In this document: positions 58,391 through 64,000 of the stretch, one piece after another | Numbering within the stretch: position 1 is the stretch's first letter | How the letters are laid out: each line of letters begins with the position of its first letter | Assembly: GCA_963842085.1 (NCBI GenBank) | Contig: CAWJET010000002.1 | Span: forward strand, 256,001 to 320,000 | DNA from: an uncultured delta proteobacterium | GTDB taxonomy: Bacteria; Desulfobacterota; Binatia; Binatales; Binataceae | Reading direction: 5' to 3' | DNA length: 64,000 nt | Program-made: the position numbers and the translations under genes | The notes under the pieces: generated by a model | Told to the model about the DNA's origin: nothing | The model's input: only the letters and a program-made list of their open reading frames with translations | The model's database searches: none

Positions 58391-59317
58391 CTAGCTGCTT
58401 GCGGAAACTCGAACCTGCGGAGTTCCTTTTGTCATTCTGAGCGCAGCGAAGAATCCCGGATCGCGGTGCTCGTCTATGCACTCCTGCCGGGGGTTTTCGC
58501 TGCGCAGGGAATTTGGAGCTTGAATTGGATCGACGAGCGCGCGAACGCGAACGCGCCGCCCCGTCCCGCCCATCTTGTTGCGCGCGACCATCGCGTCCAC
58601 CGCCAGTCCGTCGAACATCACCGGTGAGCCGGGAGCGAGCCGGCTGAACGACGTCTCAGCGCGGCTGGCGGACAGGCTCAGCGCGGCGAACGTCCCGCAC
58701 ATCCGCCACGGCGCGATCGCGATCACGGCGGCGCCGCTGCGTTCGGCCGCGCGCGCGATTCGCAGCGCCAACGCCTGAGCGAGTGCGCGGGGCGCCTCGC
58801 CGAAATCGACGACGACCAGGCCAAAGCCGCCGGCCTCGAGCACGAGTTCCGCGGCTTTGACGATTGCGGATTGACGGCGCGCGAGCGGGCCAACTGCGAC
58901 GCGGGCGTGCGGGAGAGTCACACGCGTAATCCGCGACGCTGTCGTCGTCTTCATCGACGCCCACAGCATCCGGCGAAGCTCGACTCCGGCAGCCGCCATG
59001 CTCTCGGGGTCGAAGGCGCTCGAGGCGTCGAGCCATGCGGCGACCTCGCCGCGACGGGTAGCGAATGCGGCGAACGATGCGGCAATCGAGGTCTTGCCCG
59101 AACCGGCGCGGCCCGTAATTTCGCTGATTCGCCCGCGCGGAATCCCGCCGTCAATCAGGGCGTCGAGCTGTGCGAGTCCGGAGCTTAGGCGGCGGTCCTT
59201 GCGAGTGAGTTCATAGCCACGAAAAACCCCTGAAAATTCAAGCAGTTGTGGCCGTCTGACGACCTGAATCAGGTTTGAAGAGTCGCTCCATGAGGAAGGT
59301 TTTGGAAGAGCAGCCAC
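58391..59317 (-). CDS. imuA: ImuA (RecA-like)
   Basis: SSGLAQLDALIDGGIPRGRISEITGRAGSGKTS, AWLD...FDP, GGFGLVVVDF; GTG start at 59317 proposed. Confidence 0.85.
   Translation of the reverse strand: MAALPKPSSWSDSSNLIQVVRRPQLLEFSGVFRGYELTRKDRRLSSGLAQLDALIDGGIPRGRISEITGRAGSGKTSIAASFAAFATRRGEVAAWLDASSAFDPESMAAAGVELRRMLWASMKTTTASRITRVTLPHARVAVGPLARRQSAIVKAAELVLEAGGFGLVVVDFGEAPRALAQALALRIARAAERSGAAVIAIAPWRMCGTFAALSLSASRAETSFSRLAPGSPVMFDGLAVDAMVARNKMGGTGRRVRVRALVDPIQAPNSLRSENPRQECIDEHRDPGFFAALRMTKGTPQVRVSASS
58431..58457 (-). repeat. REP-like half element GTCATTCTGAGCGCAGCGAAGAATCCC inside the imuA 3' end
   Basis: Reverse complement GGGATTCTTCGCTGCGCTCAGAATGAC; same family as GAGATCCTTC...TCAGGATGAC; encodes GFFAALRMT. 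Confidence 0.7.
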
Positions 59318-59327
59318 AAGATACGTT

Positions 59328-59343
59328 TTCGCTCTTTCTTCGC
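59328..59343 (-). promoter_or_regulatory. Candidate SOS box GCGAA-N6-GCGAA next to a TTGACT -35 element
   Basis: Minus strand TTGACTTATGGCGAAGAAAGAGCGAAAAC; direct repeat with 11-bp period upstream of imuA. Confidence 0.45.
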
Positions 59344-59538
59344 CATAAGTCAACGGGGATTATCCGGTGTTTGACACCGGCCTTCTCAAAATCCCCAAGT
59401 CAACTACTCGACAATCACCATAGCGTACGCATAGCAAGCCAAATCCCGCGGGGTCAGGCTGAATAGTTCCAAACCCTTTCATCGAAACTGAATCAGTGCC
59501 GACAAGACGTTTACTGCTCGATCACGCCGGGCTGAAAT

Positions 59539-60291
59539 TCACGGGAGCGAGCGGGCGAGCTCGCGATAGACCGCCGGATTGTAAACCAGGCCCGAGTGCG
59601 TGCCCGTCACCTCGACGTTGCGCGCGCCGGTCACGATTGACGCTTGCGGCGGAACGATCGGATCCTCGCGGCTGTAGATCGAAAGCACCGTCGTCTCCGG
59701 AGCGAGCGAAGCGCGCACGTTATCGACGAATTCGCATCCGCAATCCGGGAAGTTGCATTGAGGATCGAGAATCCGGCGCGCGGTGTTGCTCGCCTGCGCA
59801 ATCCTGCTCATCGTTGGATGCACGATTGGCGGGACGTTTCCGTGCTGCGCGAACGCCGATGCGAGCCCCACCGGCGATCCGAGCGTGATGAGATGTGACA
59901 CCCGGCGCCCAAGCCGCACGGCCAGCGCTCGCGCAAGCAGGCCTCCGCGGCTATGACCGATCAGCACGAGAGGTCGATCGTGCTGCGGCTGTTGGCGTTC
60001 GATCCATTTCTCGATGTCTGACGTGAGCCGGTCGGGACATCCCGCGTTGAGCCACAGTCCGGAGGTGCTCGCGCGAAAGCCGATGCGAGAAATCCATCGC
60101 CGCAAGGGCCAGAGATAGAAGTCGCTGCCGAAAAGTCCGGGAATGATTACGACGAGGCGTCCGTCGCCGCGCGGCACGCCCTCGCCGCGATAGATTGGAT
60201 CGCTGCGCAGCGAGGCGATCTCTCTGAAGGCGAACGCCTCGCTCGCCATCACTTGCCATCGCGATTGTTCCGCTGGCGGATGATTTTCCAT
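59539..60291 (-). CDS. Alpha/beta hydrolase (lipase/esterase-like)
   Basis: IPGLFG, LIGHSRGG, ITLGSP, YSREDPIV, GTHSGL. Confidence 0.85.
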   Translation of the reverse strand: MENHPPAEQSRWQVMASEAFAFREIASLRSDPIYRGEGVPRGDGRLVVIIPGLFGSDFYLWPLRRWISRIGFRASTSGLWLNAGCPDRLTSDIEKWIERQQPQHDRPLVLIGHSRGGLLARALAVRLGRRVSHLITLGSPVGLASAFAQHGNVPPIVHPTMSRIAQASNTARRILDPQCNFPDCGCEFVDNVRASLAPETTVLSIYSREDPIVPPQASIVTGARNVEVTGTHSGLVYNPAVYRELARSLP

Positions 60292-60397
60292 ACTGGCTAT
60301 TCCCTGCGCACGATGCTCGTGCGGCGTTTTGCCGGACTTGGCCGCCTTCCAGCGTTCCGTTTCATCGAGACTGAACCAGTGCCATATTTTCCGTCAA

Positions 60398-60422
60398 GGC
60401 TGACATAATCCCCATGTCAGCC
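60398..60422. promoter_or_regulatory. Inverted repeat GGCTGACAT-N7-ATGTCAGCC (terminator or operator)
   Basis: Perfect 9-bp arms just past the FAD oxidoreductase stop. Confidence 0.4.
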
Positions 60423-60436
60423 GGGGAGGAAGACGA

Positions 60437-61645
60437 TTACTGCTCCATCACGACGCGGGTGACGCCGTTCAGGAACGGATCGAATTGGCGTGCGAGATAG
60501 CCGGCGAGGAACATTTTCGCGAACGCGATCATCGGGGTGCTGACGATGACGCGGCTGAGGAGTGAGTTCGACAGTAGAAAGCGCGGCCCGATCTGCTGCA
60601 TGTCCTGGATCTTTACGATCTCGGGCCATCGCTCGGCCTGGATGTTACGCGCGGCGAAATCGAGCATGGCCTCATCGGAGTGCATTATGAGCGCGCGACC
60701 GAGATGGTTGGCCGCGACGACCGCGTCGCGCAGTGCGACGTTGATTCCCTGTCCTCCCACGGGCGACATCGGATGGGCAGCGTCGCCGATCAGCAGCAGC
60801 CCGGGCGCCGTCCATTCGCGCAGCCGATCGCAGATGACGTCGAGCAGGAATGGATGCGCCAAGCCGGTCTTGTTCGCGACGAGAAAATTCCGCAGGTCGG
60901 GTGACACGTGCGGCGCGATCTCGTCAATCCATCCGTCGGCACCCATCTTCCTGATGTCGCCGAAGGTGCCCTTGTCGATCACCCATCCGATCTGCATGTG
61001 CCCTTCGGGCGAAGGATAGATGATGAGCAGGTGGCCGTTGCCGATGTAGCCGCGCGCGGTGCGGCCGTCGAGAAAATGGCCGGCGACGTGGCCCCAGACG
61101 ACATCGAAGCCCTGCATGATGCGGTCTTCGGCGAGGGCGGCGCGTTTCCGAATGGCAGATGCGCGGCCGTCGCATGCGATCACGAAGTCGCCGCGAAAAT
61201 CGCGCGGACCATCGAGCGTGTCGGCATGAACGCCCACCACGCGATCTTTTTCATAGATTAGGTCGCGCACGGTTACGCCGCGCTCGAGCTTGAAGCCGGG
61301 GAATTTCGCTTTTGTTGCCTCGGCTACAATCATCTCGAGCATCGCGGGCTGCGGCACGACGCGCGGCGGCGGGTCGAGACGGTCGAGTTGAATTGCAGCC
61401 ACGCGCCGCGCGCCGCGAAAGAGCTCGACCGTTCGCATCGATAAATTTGGCAAGGCGTCGAATGGTTGACGAAGGCCGGCCTCGTGGAGCGCCGCGATTC
61501 CCGACGGCATCAGAATCTCGCCGCGGAACTCGCGCGAAAAGTCAGTCTGTCGTTCGAGCAGCGTCACCGGCACGCCGCGGCGCGCGAGCAGGTAGGCAAG
61601 CAGGGCGCCCGCCGGTCCGGCGCCTGCGACGATTGCATTCAGCAT
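60437..61645 (-). CDS. FAD-dependent oxidoreductase/monooxygenase (UbiH-like)
   Basis: GAGPAG, REFRGE, ACDGRAS, IGDAAHPMSPVGGQGIN. Confidence 0.88.
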   Translation of the reverse strand: MLNAIVAGAGPAGALLAYLLARRGVPVTLLERQTDFSREFRGEILMPSGIAALHEAGLRQPFDALPNLSMRTVELFRGARRVAAIQLDRLDPPPRVVPQPAMLEMIVAEATKAKFPGFKLERGVTVRDLIYEKDRVVGVHADTLDGPRDFRGDFVIACDGRASAIRKRAALAEDRIMQGFDVVWGHVAGHFLDGRTARGYIGNGHLLIIYPSPEGHMQIGWVIDKGTFGDIRKMGADGWIDEIAPHVSPDLRNFLVANKTGLAHPFLLDVICDRLREWTAPGLLLIGDAAHPMSPVGGQGINVALRDAVVAANHLGRALIMHSDEAMLDFAARNIQAERWPEIVKIQDMQQIGPRFLLSNSLLSRVIVSTPMIAFAKMFLAGYLARQFDPFLNGVTRVVMEQ

Positions 61646-61646
61646 C

Positions 61647-62657
61647 TCAGACTTCGCGGGAGATTTGGTCGTCGATCAACGTGGCCAGGCCGTCGCGGTA
61701 GAGCGACGGTTCGAGCTGGCCGACCATCGACCGCGCGATCGCGACCTGCTCCGCGGCCAGGCGGCGTGCGGGAGCGATGATTTCCGGATCGCGCAGCAGG
61801 CCGAGTGCGCGTTCGAGTACCGCCCCTTCCATTTTCGTCCCGTTCTGAAAGAGCGCACGTAGCTCGGCGCTGCGCTCGACGCCGAGCACGACCGGCAGCG
61901 ACGGGATGCCGGCGCGCAAATCGGAGCCGACCGGTTTGCCGATTTTTTCTTCCGGCCCCAGGATGTCGAGCAGGTCGTCGACCATCTGGAAGGCCAGGCC
62001 CATCGCGGTGCCGAGTTTCGCCATCGCGTCGATCGTGCGCGCCGAGGTGCCCGCGAGGTCCGCTGCGACCTTGCCGCCGGCGTGGAACAGCGACGCCGTC
62101 TTGCGATCGATCACTCCGATATAGTCGGCCAGGGTAGCGGCCGCATTGTGACGGAATCTGCCCTCCATCACTTCGCCCTCGGTGAGGTGAATGCACGCCT
62201 GCGCCGCGGTGCGTACGAGATGCTCCTCGAAACGGCCGCATACCTCGAAGGCGCGGCAGAACAGGTAGTCGCCCGCGATCAGCGACGGGCCAAATCCGTA
62301 GCGCGCGAACGCCGACGGCTTGCCGCGGCGCAGCAGTCCGCGGTCGATGATGTCGTCGTGGAGCAAGGTCGCGGAATGGATCAGCTCGAGCGCGATTGCC
62401 GCGTCGATCGCGTCTGCGACTTTCGCCTCAGTTCCGCCGCATGCGCGGTACACCAGCATGATGAACGTCGGCCGCAGACGCTTGCCGCCCGCGTCGACCA
62501 GATAATGGCAGATTTCCGCGATGGTCGGTTCGTTCGAGTCGAGCAGGCGCGAGAGTTTTGCTTCGGCTGCCGCCAGGTCGGCTTCGACCAGGCGCGCCGG
62601 GTTCAACGCCTCGGGCGTCGACGCGGCAGCGAGTTGGGTGGCCTTGGCTCTTTTCAC
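61647..62657 (-). CDS. Long-chain polyprenyl diphosphate synthase (IspB-like)
   Basis: GGKRLRP, LLHDDIID..RRG, KTA, FQMVDDLLD, GKPVGSDL. Confidence 0.92.
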   Translation of the reverse strand: MKRAKATQLAAASTPEALNPARLVEADLAAAEAKLSRLLDSNEPTIAEICHYLVDAGGKRLRPTFIMLVYRACGGTEAKVADAIDAAIALELIHSATLLHDDIIDRGLLRRGKPSAFARYGFGPSLIAGDYLFCRAFEVCGRFEEHLVRTAAQACIHLTEGEVMEGRFRHNAAATLADYIGVIDRKTASLFHAGGKVAADLAGTSARTIDAMAKLGTAMGLAFQMVDDLLDILGPEEKIGKPVGSDLRAGIPSLPVVLGVERSAELRALFQNGTKMEGAVLERALGLLRDPEIIAPARRLAAEQVAIARSMVGQLEPSLYRDGLATLIDDQISREV

Positions 62658-62675
62658 TTTTTCACAGAAATCGTA

Positions 62676-63428
62676 TTAGCGGAATAAATCGGCTTCGGCA
62701 GGACGAATCAATATCTTCGCGCTGCCTTCGAACGGTTCGTATTTGTATCCGCGCACGACGACTGCCGGAGTGGCGCCCGCCTTTTCCATCAGGAGACCGG
62801 CGGCAGAAGCGAGCTCGTCGGCGATGGCGACGACGGTGTGATGCAATTCGCGGCCACCCAAGTCGTTGGTGCCGCGCAAGTCGAGGATCGGATTCATGCC
62901 GGCGATGCCGAGGCAGACTTCAGTAAGGCCGTCGCGCCACGGACGGCCGAAGGTGTCGGTGACCAGCACCGCGACCGTAACGCCCAGGCGGCGGCGAATC
63001 TCGTCGCGGAGACGGCGTGCGGACGCGTCGGGATCTTCGGGCAACAGTATTGCGCGCTCGTCTTCGAGGCTGTTGGATTCGTCGACGCCGGCATTGGCGC
63101 AGACCCATCCGGGTCCGGTCTCAACGATCAGCACGCCGCGATCGTTGCGGACGATTCTGCTGGTCTGGCGCAGCACGATTTCAATCGCGCGCGGATCCTT
63201 CTCCCATCGCTTGGCGTAGGCCTTGGCGAATTCGGAGGGCTCGAAATCCTTCAAATCCACGACGCGACCCTCGGCCTTCGAGACTACCTTCTGGCAAACG
63301 ACAAGAATATCGCCGGCTTCGAGCCTGAAGCCGGTGTGGTCGAGTCCCCTTGCGATCAGCGCGGCGAGATCGTCGCCCGCCCTCACCATCGGGATGCCCT
63401 CGATCGCTGTGAGACTTATCGTGCGCAT
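62676..63428 (-). CDS. cofE: Coenzyme F420-0:gamma-glutamyl ligase
   Basis: GDDLA, QKVVSKAEGR, CANAGVDESN, LPEDPDASA, TDTFGRPWR, ADELA. Confidence 0.93.
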   Translation of the reverse strand: MRTISLTAIEGIPMVRAGDDLAALIARGLDHTGFRLEAGDILVVCQKVVSKAEGRVVDLKDFEPSEFAKAYAKRWEKDPRAIEIVLRQTSRIVRNDRGVLIVETGPGWVCANAGVDESNSLEDERAILLPEDPDASARRLRDEIRRRLGVTVAVLVTDTFGRPWRDGLTEVCLGIAGMNPILDLRGTNDLGGRELHHTVVAIADELASAAGLLMEKAGATPAVVVRGYKYEPFEGSAKILIRPAEADLFR

Positions 63429-63444
63429 CGGCGGCAACAGCCTA

Positions 63445-64000
63445 CTATACCTCAAGCGCCCGCAGAACCACTTCAGCCAAAGCGGCGGCGCGCTCGGGCG
63501 TGGTCATGATCGTGTCGGTCGCAATCGCGCGCATCCCAAGCCGTTCGATCGATTCGAGGTAGCGGCGATCGGTGTTGTCCAGGACGAACAGCCCGGCGAT
63601 GTCGCGATAGAGCCGGGCGACTCCGAGCGGCGAGACTTCCAATCCGAGTCCTCGGAGCATTTTATCGGCGGGGCCTTTGATCGTTTTGCCGCCGACGATC
63701 GGGCTGATGGCCGCGACGCGCGATTTCACGCGGCGCAGCGCATCTCGCACGCCGCTCAAGTGCAAAATCGGCCCGAGCGACACGAATGGATTCGATGGCG
63801 CCAGGATGACGGCGCTGGATTTGCGAATCGCCGTGAGTACCGCGAGCGTAGGACGCGCGCTGCTGATTCCACGCAGCTCGATCTTTTCGACGGCGCCGCG
63901 TGCGCGTCCGCGCACGAAATATTCCTGGAACGGGATTGCGCGCCGTCCGCGCAATTTTACGAACGTCCGCACGCGGTCGTCGCTCATCGGCAGGATCCGC
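63445..64000 (-). CDS. cofD: 2-phospho-L-lactate transferase (5' end beyond window)
   Basis: PMSDDRVRT, FQEYFV, APSNPFVSLGPIL, SPIVGG..IKGPADK, DTIM. Confidence 0.92.
   Translation of the reverse strand, partial: RILPMSDDRVRTFVKLRGRRAIPFQEYFVRGRARGAVEKIELRGISSARPTLAVLTAIRKSSAVILAPSNPFVSLGPILHLSGVRDALRRVKSRVAAISPIVGGKTIKGPADKMLRGLGLEVSPLGVARLYRDIAGLFVLDNTDRRYLESIERLGMRAIATDTIMTTPERAAALAEVVLRALEV

Noticed and set aside
52800-59353. Prophage or mobile island around the mutasome and TA
   Set aside because: No integrase, att repeats, tRNA or phage genes, and the flanks are ordinary chromosomal genes

Overview
GC-rich bacterial chromosomal segment with about 58 protein-coding genes. I see no rRNA, tRNA, CRISPR, integrase or transposase. 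The gene content (DUF6178-like gene, cofD/cofE, F420-type LLM oxidoreductase, fdsGBA, class III CoA-transferases, imuAB-dnaE2) suggests a Deltaproteobacteria-related soil lineage such as Ca. Binatota; this is inference only. Housekeeping and metabolic blocks: thiD, an NAD-linked Mo-formate dehydrogenase operon whose alpha subunit is fused to FdsD, thiE, ntrB/ntrC-like pair, moeA, ispF, TatD, an ECF transporter, a deoxyhypusine-synthase-like gene, pepP, uppP, glyA, a mutasome cassette interrupted by BrnTA, polyprenyl synthase and cofE/cofD. Three observations stand out. (1) A compact cluster at 46.4-51.8 kb combines a salicylate-type aryl-adenylating enzyme (no carrier protein), an orphan PaaA/BoxB-like diiron enzyme with intact ligands, a heme-oxygenase-like diiron oxidase, a PaaR/KstR2-like TetR with a candidate operator and two SDRs. 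It may be an undescribed CoA-dependent aromatic pathway. (2) Hierarchical REP-like arrays of GNA-triloop hairpins with compensatory changes bracket a TolB-like cargo gene between ntrB and ntrC. (3) A second, dispersed double-hairpin element occurs in four copies. All family assignments come from motif recognition, not database searches.
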